From NCBI RefSeq assembly GCF_041956535.1, contig NW_027192196.1, forward strand, positions 675,823 through 739,822: a stretch of 64,000 nucleotides of DNA. The letters are read 5' to 3'. The notes beneath the pieces are model-generated. The model was not told the DNA's origin, ran no database searches, and was given only the letters and a program-made list of their open reading frames with translations. Positions 51,507 through 64,000 of this stretch are shown here, piece by piece. The stretch comes from Calcarisporiella thermophila CBS 279.70. Lineage: Eukaryota; Fungi; Calcarisporiellomycota. Position 1 is the first letter of the stretch. The number at the start of each line of letters is the position of its first letter. A program made the translations under genes and the position numbers.

Positions 51507-54500
51507 ATGGCCACTGAAACCGGTCCAAGAAGGGTTAAAGTCTATCAATTGAGTGAAGATAATCAGTGGATAGATAAGGGGACAGGCCAATGTGTTTACA
51601 TCGAGGTAATTGGATCATTTGACTTATTACATATGTGGCCAAATTTTAATGTGAATAAGTTATAATGCTTTTCTTGGCATTTTAGTTAGGTGAAGATGGC
51701 GTGATACTAGTGCGGTCAGAAGAAGACGATTCTGTTTTATTGCACACTAAAGTAATAAAGAGAGAAGACACATACCAGAAACAGCAAGGTGCCCACACAC
51801 TCTCTTGTTTATTTTTATATTTTTTAATGATTTCTTTCGCAATTCCATTTTCTTACTAATCTCTTTATATTACAGAGAGCCTTATCGTATGGACAGAAGA
51901 CGATGGGACTGACTTGGCACTTAGCTTTCAAGAAGCAGAGGGATGCGCAGAAATATGGAATCGTATTTACGAGGCAGTGCGTGCTGCTGTTTCTCTAAGC
52001 TCACAAGGTACATACAAATTGTCTATCCTCACAGATCATCCTCCTTATAATGACTACTCCGTTATCTTTAACTAGGCTACATATCAGGAGATACACTTCC
52101 TGAGAGTCCACGTAATTCACCTGCTATTTCCCCATTACGACTACCCGATCCCGAGCTATCAAATCTCTCTGAGATTGAAGCGGCGGTAAGAGAAGCAGGC
52201 CGGAGTCTATACCAGCGCGATAAGCTGGTAACCACAATTATTAATGAGGTAAATACTGCAACCTTTTTTTTACGATTGTTTAGTTGACAATTTTTTTTTG
52301 GAATTAGAACTACATAAGTAAATTGCTCCCATTTCTTGAAATATGCGAGGACCTGGAGAGTCTTTCGGACTTGCATACACTTTGCAATATCATGAAGAAT
52401 ATAAGTAAGTTGATTAGAGGGCTTCGAGTCGTGAATTTTTTCACGTATTAATATTTTTTTTTAGTTTGTCTAAATGATGTTACTATTATCGAGAATATTG
52501 CCCAAGATGATGTTATTATGGGTGTTGTAGGGATATTGGAATGTGAGTAGACCAATGCAATGCTGTCTAAACAGGCCACTTGTTTTTTACCTGTTGAGTA
52601 ACCTCCATAATTGCCATTAGATGATCCTGACTTCCCCCATTTAAAGGCAAACCATAGAGAATTTTTAAGTAAGAATTCTAAGTTTAAGCAGGTACTAGTT
52701 GTTATTCTTAGGAAGAACAAATCAACGCTCGGAATTAATGCTCGTCTGCTTGTTATATAACCTAGGTTGTAACCATAAAGGACAAGTTAGTTGAGGCTAA
52801 GATCCACCAAACATTTCGTCTGCAATATCTAAAAGACGTGGTGCTTGCACGGACGCTGGATGATCCTACCTTCTCCATCATTAGTTCAATCATATTCTGT
52901 AATCACGTAGATATCGTCCAACACCTGAAGCAAAACCATGAATTCCTGAAAGAATTATTTGCGATCATCAACAATTCCACAGAGGAGAGAGATAGAAAGC
53001 GGGATGTAGTGCTCTTTTTGCAGCAGTTTTGTGGGATTGCTAAAACTTTGAACATTCCGAATCGAACATGCCTCTATCGGTATGTAGATAGGATGCGTAA
53101 CTTGAAGGAGATCGCCTCCGATGGGCTTACTAAATCTCCATCTAAAATCTTTATAGGTCACTAAGTCAACATGGGCTTTTCAGCATATTCGACTATGCGC
53201 TCCCTGACCCGGAGCCAGCAGTAAAAATGGCTGGCCTTGAGATACTTGCTTCGGTCCTCGAGCAAGATCCAAACCTTGTTCGTTCCTATATCCTTGCGCA
53301 GACCCGGCAGGAAAAGAAGCCCCTTGTTGAGACCATAATCCAGCGCTTCCTTGGTGATCCTGATCTCGGCATTAAAGTACAATATGCTGAAGTAATTCGC
53401 GTACTGTTGGATACTGCGGCTGGGTTTGGGGAGAATGGCTTGAATCCCCCGAACGAGGTCCGTATAGGGTGAAGAAGAAACAAGCGTTTAATTTTCATGT
53501 ATGCTAATCTTTTTGGATACTAATAGGCGATGCTAAATCCGAAGCACGACCCGGAAACAGACGATTTTCTAACACTATTCTACGATCGTTACGCTCCCCA
53601 CTTATTCTTTCCTTTAATGAACTTGACGAATGTACAACCATCCCAGGATGGCCACCCCGGAGTACTCAAACTTGATCGAGAGCAATCCACGCTTGTATTC
53701 CATAATTGCGAGCTGCTCTCTTTCATGATACGCCATCACACATTTCGCAGCAAATACTTTGTTCTCTCGTCTAACATTCTCATCAAAGTTGCCCACCTGT
53801 TTCGGTGTCGGGAAAAGCATCTGAAACTTTGTAAGTACTTGCTATTTGCATGCCCCAGTTGCAACATGAATTCATACGTCTTTTGGTCTCTAGCCGCATT
53901 AAGAGTCTTCCGTACATGTGTTGGCATGACAGACGACTTTTACAACAGGCATCTAAAGAAAAACAACCTACTAGAACCCATCGTTGAATCCTTTGTAGCG
54001 ACGGGGAATCGTAACAATCTAATGAACTCTGCTTGCTTAGAGCTTTTTGAGTTTATTCGTAGGGTAAACTATCTTATATGTGCTTGCCACTCAGTCCTGT
54101 TTTACATGGACTCTAATGTTCCCAATCTTATCCAATAGGAGAATATTAAAAGTTTGATCGATTATCTTTCACATTCATTCGGAGAGGCCTTCAAACGCAT
54201 TGACTACATCGACACGTTTAGCCAATTGATGCAGCAACACGAGCAGAATCAAACAATACCCTACGAGGGAAGTATGCAGCAACATGCGATCGAGCAAACT
54301 CCATCTCGCCCGCAAGAATGGAATTCTACCAAGATGGATCAGGAAGAAACCGAGAATTCCGGCCCTGTAGCCAACGGGAATGAGCATGAAACGGCGCCCG
54401 CAACACGTGTAGAAGAAGCAACAGGAGATGTGTCAGAAGAAAACGTTAGCAAAGCTGAGACCTCGTTGATACCCGCAGCTCTAGGAGAGTTGACTTCCAC

Positions 54501-54822
54501 TGAGTGTAACTCTGTCCCTTCGACGACTCAGAACGGCGAAGCAGAACAAGAGTCAAAAGATGAGGCTGTTGCACACCAGAAAATTGACTCGGATGAAGAA
54601 GCAGAAGATCCAAAAGCTGACACTGCAACAAGTGCATCAAGGGAGGAAATAGAGGAGACGGGAGAGATAACTCCAAGTCAGACCAAGGAGTCCGAAATGC
54701 CAATACGCCTAGACAAGCGGCCCCGACCGGAAGAAGATGAAGATCATGATTTCTCACTGATGGAGCCGTTAATGCGGCAGCAGATAAAATCCCCCAGCTC
54801 ACCGAAAAAGCTCAAGAGTTAA
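51507..54822 (+). CDS. PSY2: PP4 regulatory subunit 3 (Psy2/SMEK)
   Basis: EVH1-like RRVKVYQL..WIDKGTG..YQKQQESLIVWTE..DLALSFQEAEGCAEIW; SMK-1 domain KIHQTFRLQYLKDVVLARTLDD; RNNLMNSACLELFEFIR. Confidence 0.95.
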
Positions 54823-55271
54823 ATCTTGATCCAATTCTCTTTATAGCCCTATTTATTTATAAAACTGATTGGTCTAAGTGAAGACTTTGTTATCTTCTGA
54901 ATTCTCTTTCTCTCTAATCTGTTGTTATATTTGGATGCCATATACTTTATTCGATTGGGATTTTTTTTACGGTTTTTTTTTTATAATTATTTTCCGTGAT
55001 GAGTTGCTAAGGAAAATTTTCTTTTCTTTATTTGTATCTTTTACTGCTTTTTTTTTTCAAGCTTTCTCATATTTTTTACTTTTTTTTTGTATAGTATAAA
55101 AATAAAGAGACGAACCATTATTTTCTTTACTCCTTGCTTCTGACTTTAACAAATAATATCTATTCAATGCGAAAACTTTTGCAATTATAAACAGCAGAAA
55201 ATATATATAAAAAAGTATAAATTCACAAAATACACCAAATTTTATACCAGCGTGAAAGTAGCCCGATGGTA

Positions 55272-56831
55272 TCAACGATTTCGCTGAGCTGTGTACTGGT
55301 CCAAAACATCCCAAAAGTACGATATCAGGGCTTTGTCCAGATGGCGCTTGTACCTGTGGATCTAGAGACAGAAATTTCATTATACATGGATGAGACGGGG
55401 CAAAGTAGGTCTCAATGGACTAACCTTGAGCGTGGTAACATTCCAGTTCTTGGCGACATCTTTAAGGTCCTCATTCGCCCACTGGCAAAAAAATCCCTTG
55501 ACTATTTCACAAAGAAAGTAGAGGTGTTCATTTACCATCTGAAAAACCAAAAAACATCAACCTATACTACACCATTATGGAAGATGTCCACCGGCGACTG
55601 CCATTTCCAGTTGCGGAACTGCCATGCTGCCCCCGTTACAAACACCGCAACCACACGATCCCAATCGTCAACGGCAAACCCCTCCACAGAGTCTACGATT
55701 TTGTAGTTGGCTATGGTGCCGTCACTGCATTTTCGTTGTACAAGAACCTGTTGTTGTTTTTTAACGCCCGAGTCGCGGATGGATTGGGAATCGACAAATC
55801 TAGATTTCAAAAATGCGATTATTTAAGGGTGGGTCAGGAAATCCAAAATGGATAATTCTCTATACATACTTTCCGTTTTCAAGAAGTTCTTTGACATTGT
55901 AGAGCGTGACGAGTGAGGTGGCAGCTGCCGGAACGATGATGATTGGAGTTCGTTGTTCTGCATATAAACAAATAAAATAAAAACGAATCCTGTGCGGAAG
56001 AAGACCACTAGCTTTGTCTACTTACGCCTTCTTCGGGGAGACTTTGGATCTTCTGAGGCAGGAGTGGAGCGACTTGAGGGTCGCTGCTTTCCTCGATCTC
56101 CGTGGGCTTTTTCCTCCTTTTGCTGCCGCAGTTTGCCCTTTATTAGTTTCTCGATAGCAATTTTTTGGACGTGAAGAAACGACTAATATTATATACATAC
56201 TATGAGGTTGGAAAGGGGAGCAAAATAGGTGATTGAATATACCTTATTCCCTCGTAAGATGGTAGATCGGTTCACAAGTACGCGCTCTCTACTGTTAATT
56301 TTTTTCACAGCTTCAATCGTATCTTTAGATACGGTTATAATTGCCGGTTTAGGTTTTTTGATGCCCGCATCATGATCTTCCAGAACTTCATCAACTGGTC
56401 TCTTCTCTATTGGAATACACGAGCTTAATTATTTGCAAATTCCGTAAAGGGACAAGAGATTTACCTCGTTGACTCGTTAAAAGTATATTCGCATTTGTGC
56501 TCGTTACACCTGTCAAGTAATCTAAGATATTTTTTCTGTCGATAATGGAAACAGGAGGGATGCGCGTCTCAATACACGCTTTCATATACCCGGAGAAATC
56601 TTGCGCAGATCCATGGCGCACGAGGAAGACAAGCGAATCCAGTGTATAAAATTCATCCTTTGCACCAGATTTTTTGTAAGCTGTTGTGGTATTGCGTGGA
56701 AAGAGTGTTTCCCCGAGGAGAATTTGTGTAGAAGATTGGAGATCTGAAGGGGCACCCGTGGAATCAGCAAAATCAATAATCTTCTTGTTTAAATTAGCAT
56801 CTCGAAGAGTGAGCAACGGATCCTGTGACAT
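55272..56831 (-). CDS. CDC73: Paf1 complex subunit Cdc73 (parafibromin)
   Basis: DPLLTLR..YTLDSLVFL..DRKNILDYLTG N-terminus; DWDRVVAVFVTGAAWQFRNWKW; NWNVTTLK|IHRYKRHLDK..FWDVLD. Confidence 0.93.
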
Positions 56832-57101
56832 CTTTGCGACAAATCGGATGTGTCAAAGTGGCTGTTTTGTTCGAATCACAACAAGAGCGAGATGGCAATT
56901 CTATAGCCCCTAGCTAACTATATTCCACCAAAATTTCGCTACTGTTGGTGGCGCAGCATTTATTCCGACTTGGCATGCTTGTTGTCTACTTGGCAATAGG
57001 GTTAAATAGCTCGCATTTAGACCTGACTCGCCCCTCCCACCATCTTTCAATCCCCCTACTCAAACATACCAACAGTTCATACTATAACAAGCCCTATAAC
57101 A

Positions 57102-57383
57102 ATGCTCGGTCGATTACTACACTTTGCAGTTGACGCCACGTTAGTGTCTACAGCACTTGCGGGAGTGAAGCGTTCCACAGGTCTAAGGTAAATGCTTTTC
57201 CTCCATTGTACTCCAGAGAGACTATGTCTAATTGCTGACTTTATTTTTAGTATTGCGACCGAAAAAATTGAGAACGAAGATGTGCGGTATGCCCTGGAAA
57301 AGTTCCTAAAATTTGGAGAGCGCACGCTCGATGTTGGAATTTCGTTTATCGGAAATTCAGAGTATTTTGAGCGTAAACAATAA
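57102..57383 (+). CDS. DUF1748-family small protein (YPR010C-A-like), 2 exons
   Basis: MLGRLLHFAVDATLVSTALAGVKRSTGL|SIATEKIENEDVRYALEKFLKFGERTLD..SEYFERKQ*. Confidence 0.85.
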
Positions 57384-58175
57384 TGCCCAAGCTCGGCATT
57401 ATAGAAGCATTTGGTCACACATGGATATTTCAACCTTTGAACATTGTATTCTCTGTATATAAATGTATGTTGTTTATGGCAGGCTTAATCTCCTAAGAGG
57501 ATGGCTGTAAGCCCTCCCAGCTGGGCTATGGTCAAAACAAGTAGCCCAGTAGCCTCCAATTCCATTTCTGCTGAGTTTTAACAATCTTGATAAAAAGGCA
57601 AGCGTAATTACCGATCTGCATTCCATTTTCTGATAAAAATATATATTAATTTTTCTATGTGTGGAACGAATAAGGCATTATTACTTACAAACTTTTTCGA
57701 GCGAGTGTTACTTCCTCTACTTCTCCTCCAATACCTGTGGTGATTATTCTCGCTGTCCATCCCAGTGTTATGATCCTCTCTATATCATCAGCGCATCTCG
57801 TCTAGCTTTTATTCTGTTTTTGATACGACCTCATATACCTTCTCTAAGTGCAAGGACATTGATAGCTACTCTCCTTAATCATCCACCTTATTACCATAGC
57901 ATCCTCATCATCGCGTTCTCTTTGTTCGCCTGAACAAAGTTTCCCCTTTCCCCTCATTATCTCTCGCACTTTTTTACTCTCTTTCGCTACGTGTTTATAT
58001 AATTGTGGTGTTCCTTACGATAAGTTTACCTGAAGAGGGGATGCAGTGTCCATTATTCTCTTAACATAATCCCACGCTTTCACTCTAAATCGTACTAGCG
58101 TGGATAATTTTAATATTTCATCAAGTTACTCTTTAGAAACCCTGCCTATCTCTTTTATTTCTTGCTATATACGCT

Positions 58176-61100
58176 ATGAATTCGAGCAAGGAGAATCAGA
58201 TTACCCCTCTCTCTATACTCCCTTTTCATCCTTATGAAACCGACCATCTCCTGCCGCTCTACGGGTCAAGTTCGGAAAAGAGTCCCACCCATTCGGAGTC
58301 AATACAAGAGACGCGGTGGAAATCATCAGTGACACGTTGGTGGATTCTCCTGGGACTTGTCCTATTGGTATTTGTGGGTATACAGGCGGTGATATTTATT
58401 TCAGGGACGATATTTTTCTGGACGCGACCGCCCTCACCAAGTCCAACAGGTAATCCATTCCCTTAGAGAGCTTCTTTTTTTACCTCCTCTAACTCGCTAT
58501 TGTTTGCTCCTAAATATTTAGTATCCGAAAATTATCGACCGATCATTTATCATCACCTGAATTCAAGTCAACCTATTAATATCCCCTCCGGCACTACTGT
58601 ATACCACGTCACACGCGAGTATGGTCCTGCGTCACTTGGCCGAATCGGCCCAGCAGTCAATTCTTTAGTAATGGCTCAGATGCAGCGCCCTGAGCTTGAT
58701 ATTTCCGTTATCATGCCCCACTATGGGTTCTTGCGGAGCCATTTTGAAGGGGAAATGCGTCGAGTCACCGAGTTGACGATCGAAGTGCGCGATCGTTACG
58801 GTATGCCGCGACCAGTTGAATTTAAGGTGTATGAAGTCGCGTATAATCCATTAACGGGGCATGGGATTCCCATCGCCAATGTAACCGACGTAGATTCCGA
58901 TCCGGATCCGGAGCTGAAACCAAAAACGATTCACCTTTATCTGATATCATCAGCCGATGTCCCACCCTTTCGCCAGGCCTTCAAGGTAAAAGACATCTCA
59001 AAAATATACTCGTCGACGGCTCAACTTCCTGTGGAATGGAAAGATCACTATTTTGCAAAAGCGGTGGCTACTTTCCTCAATTTCAAACACATGATTGATG
59101 ATGGGCCGCTCTTTGACATCACTACGCGCCACACTGTGGATGTGGTGCACATCCATGGCACGGTGAATGCGTATGTTGCAAAATATTTAAAGGACGAAGC
59201 AAAGTCTACAGCACAAGCTTCCGCCGGCAGACCTATCGCCCCTCCGCCAGCCGTCATATACACCATGCACGATATTCGCTATGATATGCAGCATGCAAAT
59301 CACTTGGAGAATATTGAGAAATTTGCAGATGACCTAAGCGAGGAACAAAGAGAGGAACTCACAAGGCACGCACGAGGGCATCATGTGTTCACTGCGCCAA
59401 TCGCAATTGAAAACTCAGAATTGGTGACGGCCGCGTCGCGAACGCTCGCTGACGATTTGATCAATGGGCGTTTGGATCTGCGACATAAAGACGCAGTCTT
59501 GCCGGTGCTGAGGCAGTGCACTCTCGCGGGCCGCTTCTTCGGAATCAGTAACGGGATGGACCTATCTAGGCTGAACCCGTTCACTGCATCACAGCTTATG
59601 GCGCGACAAATGGAATATCCACACGAGGTGCTTGACCATGAGCTTGCCAAATTACTTTATGCCGATTCAATCCCACATGAACCATCGCGCATGAAAACCA
59701 TCACACAGGCAAAAAATAAAGCAAAAGAGTTTCTACTGCGGAGAAAACTCCTGAAGCAAGAAGATCTTCGACGACCCATCGTCCTCTTTGCGGGGTGGAT
59801 TGATGCGGGCGGTGGCGACTTAGTTGCGCAACTTGAAACTGCTGCACCAGCATTGGCTGCTCTTGATACCCGCTTCGTTATTATGGCGCATGTGATGAAT
59901 GGTGATGGACGCGCTCCGCCTGCCCTTGATACGCTTCACCGACTCGAGCGCGAACATCCTGATCATATTTTGGTTGTAGCCGAATCAGACCGGCAGCGTC
60001 GATGGGGGATTTTCCTGCGCGCCGCGGCAGACATTGCCTTCGCCCCCGCAATAAGTCCAGTAAGCACAGGAGTAGGTGCAGCAGAAGGTCTGCTTTTCGG
60101 ATGCCCAGTAATAGGCACCAATGTTGGGGGTCAGCGCGACTTTCTTATAGATCGCGAGGTACCACGCAAGCCGCCATCAGAGATGCCCAGTCCGCTACGA
60201 TGGAAACACAATGCCTATCTCTATGACCCCCGCGAGCCAAATGCACGCGAGGCACTCGAGCTAGCTATTCGCGATGCCATTCTCGATCATCGGCTACTTG
60301 CTTCCTTGCCGGGTCAGGATCGAAATTTAAGAGCGGCAAGAATGGTGAAATCTGCATTGTCGTCACTTGGGTGGCATCGAGCGGGAGGACCTTTGGAAGA
60401 TTATTTACGGGTGTATGAGCTGGGACTCAAGGCAGTGGCACGCGTGAAAGACCCCGAGGACAAAGTGAATGAGGCGCAGAGTGGGTTGGTAACGGATGAG
60501 AAAAAGCCGGCATTGCTTTTTCAACCACCCGTGGTCTGGCCCACACCAATTGTAAATGAACAAGTGATTAGCCGTAGTGATTGGAATGACGAGGTTTTAG
60601 CGATGAATGAGGAAGTTAACGAAGAAGAGGAGAGTAAAGTGACGGAAGACGAAGTTGCAAGAGAAACGGCTACCCTCAATGCAGAAAGAGCAGCATCGTA
60701 TAAGATAGAGGCGAAGGTTAAGAATCCGTGGGAGACTAGACCGACAATGCTATCTAAAGAGAGGGTCAGCGCACCGGTAGTGCCTGGACCAACCCATCGT
60801 CAATATTTCCGACCCATGCCTCTTGAAGTAGAGTGGCAATATGAAGAACCAGTCGTTGGAGGAATCGAGCGACCTTATTATGGTTCATATAAACGCATTC
60901 CTGATGGGAGAGAAGAAGAGCGTGGAGAAAAGGCAATTTTAACGGATGATGAAACTGAGTTAGAGGAGGAAGAGATGGGTGAGGAAGAAGAGGAAGATTT
61001 AAGGGAGGAGAATGGAATGCTAGAGGGTGGCGAGGGGGATGGTGAGGACGAATGGGAGTACGATTTCGGTGAGCCGGGGGAGGACGAAGAGGGCGAAGAA

Positions 61101-61181
61101 GAGGTCGAGGAAGAGGAAGAAGGGGAGGGAATAGAGGGAATAGAGGAAGAATATGTTATTGGAGAGGAGAAAAATGTTTAA
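58176..61181 (+). CDS. Type II membrane GT5 (glycogen/starch synthase-like, GT-B fold) protein with acidic tail; key motifs degenerate
   Basis: TM anchor WWILLGLVLLVFVGIQAVIF; intron about 58450-58521; VYHVTREYGP..SVIMPHY, DVVHIH, IYTMHD, FGISNGMD, AAEGLLFG..GTNVGGQRDF. Confidence 0.8.
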
Positions 61182-61702
61182 TAAGCTATTTGCGACGGTA
61201 TATTACGGCTTTTTATTTGGATTTATAGTATTACACCTATTACTCCTCCATTGTATAGTTCGTTCCTTTTTTCTTTTTTACTTATTATCTTGTATATTCT
61301 ATTCAATCGTGAAAGCGGCCTAGCCTAATAGATCGACTTACCAAAAAAGTGCAAAACGGCGATGGCAATGGGGGCCGAGGTTATCAGGAGAGACTATGAA
61401 TCAATCCCCTTTGACCGGAGAGTGCCTCCGGATGCGTTCACTGAGTATGATGAAACATGCTAAATTCTGCACCTAATTGCCCCTTGTTTATGACGGTGGA
61501 ATGAATTTTCTGTCCAGTAGGATCTGACCCTTGGTGGCAACTCTGTAACACCAATTTAACGTCCCAGCTGGTTAATATTGTTTCTTTTTTTTTTTCGCGC
61601 CATTGTGTCTTTTCTCTGATCGTCAACAATCCAATTTCAACAGAGCTTGTAGCCTCCATCCGCTCATTCAATCCACTATATATGTAACATTATAATTTTT
61701 AA

Positions 61703-62329
61703 ATGTCCAAAAGTCATAAGGATGATGTACTATCAAGAGTCGTACGCATTGAGGTTGCACGGAGGGCACTGAGATCCTCCACCTCCAGTACAGCTACCAG
61801 CCTTCATGTTCAACATACGGAGGCACCATTCATCGTCGAACCCATTGGTTCTGCTCTTTCATCTGTGTCTTTTACTGCTACCCCCACACTGCTCTCTTCT
61901 GTACCATTCCCAGCGATGACAAATGGTGTGAATACTGAGGCTCAGCAGCACGACTCCTCACGCGACCAAAATGCGCACCAACCCTCTCAAAATGCTTTAT
62001 CACAAACGGTAATTGGTGGGCTTATAGGGGGAGCAGTATGCTTGGGTCTTGTTATGGCATCGGGCATTATAATTTGGAGAAGGAGACGGAATAAGATTTG
62101 GAATCGTGAGATGCGGGCACATCTAGATGATACTGCCACAGAAGGTCCGGAGATGTACAGTTTTTCAGCAGATAATATGCAGGGGGCGAATCGTTCATTT
62201 GCATCGAAAGCAGGCGCTTATTCTCACGACTCACTTTCTACAAAAAAACAGCACTCCTTAAGTTTCAAAGAGAGGCCGCGAAAGCCTTTCAGTTTCCGAT
62301 TCAGTTCTTTTAATTATCATGTATGGTAG
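61703..62329 (+). CDS. Single-pass membrane protein with S/T-rich N-terminal part (Mid2/Wsc-like TM segment)
   Basis: TVIGGLIGGAVCLGLVMASGIIIW followed by an RRRRNK stop-transfer. No clear signal peptide. Confidence 0.6.
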   Translation: MSKSHKDDVLSRVVRIEVARRALRSSTSSTATSLHVQHTEAPFIVEPIGSALSSVSFTATPTLLSSVPFPAMTNGVNTEAQQHDSSRDQNAHQPSQNALSQTVIGGLIGGAVCLGLVMASGIIIWRRRRNKIWNREMRAHLDDTATEGPEMYSFSADNMQGANRSFASKAGAYSHDSLSTKKQHSLSFKERPRKPFSFRFSSFNYHVW

Positions 62330-63317
62330 AACCATACAAAAGTTCTTGTTATTTGTTTACCTACGCGTTCCTTTACCATTTCACAACCGCATTATTGGCC
62401 TGTTCCGTACAGTTTCTGCTTCAATTGTTATATTGCACAGAATTTTGTCAATGATTTTCATGCTTTAGTCTTGGCTGTTAGTGTTGAAGACACACACACA
62501 TATATTTATATGCCTTCAATGTTAATTTTAAGTAGAATGATTGATTGACTTTGGTGTGTTCAGCTACATTAAATTCTTTCTATACAATATATTTTCCATG
62601 TTTCTCGCATATTCATTGATACTCTAGGGCACAAATTGAAATCTTTTTATATTTCAAAACCTTCATCATTTTTTCATTTAAAATATTATAATTGAACTGT
62701 AGCTCTATCGATGTGGTATGGAGAAGGTTGGCTGAGTGACTCGGTGAGAGCTAACTTGCAGTTCTATGCCACCAGGCGAGTAAGGTTCACCGGAGAAATC
62801 AAAATCCGCTCAATATCGACAGGAGGAAAGCTCACGAGGTAATATTGCCGATTTTAACATATGAAATGAATGAAGCCCATAAAAGCTTTTTTTCTATAAA
62901 CTCCATTATATATCAAGCATCCCAGTAGTAAATCTTGCGGTTGCTGAAATGAAGAGTGTTGGGTACTCCTATTTATTTAATGTAAAGCTGAATCCCAATC
63001 TGAATAATGACAGCAACATTTCTCTTTGCTGTATGGCTGTTATATTCGGTTAAAAGACATTCTAAGTATAAGTGAATCCCAAAAGAGTTTCCTCAGATAC
63101 ATTTCTAACGCGCAATAACGCTCACAATATCTTTATAGTATCATTTCAAACACATTTCTTTTAAAATATCACAATTACAGTCACAAATACTGCCCAAAAG
63201 TACTTGTCGATTTTTGATTTGCTGTTCGCTCTATTTAAGAATTAACTTGAAAATTTCCCCGCGCTTTCTTCACATTTTCAATTGTAAAAGACTCTTTACC
63301 CATCTTAATATATCGAA

Positions 63318-63658
63318 ATGAATAAGTCACAGGGTCGTCGGAAGCAGCAAAAGGAACCTAAGGTATGTTTGTAATTACACTATTGTTTCTCCTGCAATTG
63401 ACACCACTGTGATCTTGCAATTCTTTTCCATAGGCTGTACGTCAAAAACGCGCCGAACTAAATTTGAAAGCGAAAGAGCAAGCACAAAAGGTCTGATATC
63501 TTTCTATGTATTGCACAACACCTAACTCATGCTTAACCTTATTTCTTGATCATTCATAGTATATTATCCCGATTTTGGGTGGACTCTTCTTGCTATTTGC
63601 ATTTATTCTGTTTTATTTGTACGGTTTCGGGAAAAAGAGTACAGCTAATCCTTTGTAA
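63318..63658 (+). CDS. SMCO4/DUF4519-like single-pass microprotein (66 aa), 3 exons; absent from the ORF track in this frame
   Basis: MNKSQGRRKQQKEPK|AVRQKRAELNLKAKEQAQK|YIIPILGGLFLLFAFILFYLYGFGKKSTANPL* via two GT-AG introns. Basic coiled coil plus TM, as in SMCO4. Confidence 0.7.
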
Positions 63659-64000
63659 CTGCATTGGAAAGAAATACTCGCTGGATTCTAGCTTATTTTT
63701 TTTTTGTTTGTATTATAACTATTTCTTTTAATTTCTTTTCTTGCCTGTCGATATCTTCTTTTTTCCCCCCTTTTGGGCTTTGAGCTCAGATAATATGTGA
63801 CAATAGGAATAATAGTGATGCCCTTGTAGCCGGATAATTTTATTTTAGAAAAAGAAATATATTATATGCTTCGTACAATACCATTGTATAATGTTTTATT
63901 CGCCGAACAACCGCCTAACTCTTTTTAGGACACTGTCTTTTTCAGGATCATAAGGGTGGTCCTTAGAAGGTATCTCTAATACTGTAGGAAATGCTTGGTC

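Noticed and set aside
62698-62850. GC-richer island with a 43-codon ORF (MWYGEGWLSD..)
   Set aside because: No recognisable motif or RNA structure; too short to support a call.

Overview
Gene-dense, intron-rich eukaryotic DNA with short (about 50-90 nt) GT-AG introns. The gene content points to a non-Dikarya (early-diverging) fungus: it has a chitin deacetylase, Cla4, Bem3-like, Gon7, Ecl1 and DUF1748 genes, alongside animal-shared genes that budding yeast lacks. I assembled 28 protein-coding genes by hand, several of them missed or only fragmentarily covered by the ORF track (Cys-rich GPI protein, Ecl1-like, MEA1-like, F-BAR N-terminus, HVA22 N-terminus, SMCO4-like). No tRNA, rRNA, CRISPR array or intact transposon was recognised. 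Highlights: (1) a Spindly/SPDL1 orthologue with CC1 box, Spindly box and a CNQQ farnesylation-type end, implying an RZZ-Spindly-dynein kinetochore corona in a fungus; (2) a Cdc15/Hof1-type F-BAR protein ending in a CBM5/12 chitin-binding-like module instead of SH3; (3) a membrane-anchored GT5 glycogen-synthase-like protein whose donor-binding and catalytic residues look lost; (4) a secreted precursor with two repeated cationic amphipathic peptides, preceded by a cluster of RACCCGW motifs; (5) a duplicated ATG|GT start exon in AP-2 sigma that could act as a splice-controlled uORF switch; (6) a one-base frameshift in an A-run of the SR-25/ARL6IP4 gene. All family calls come from recalled motifs, not database searches.
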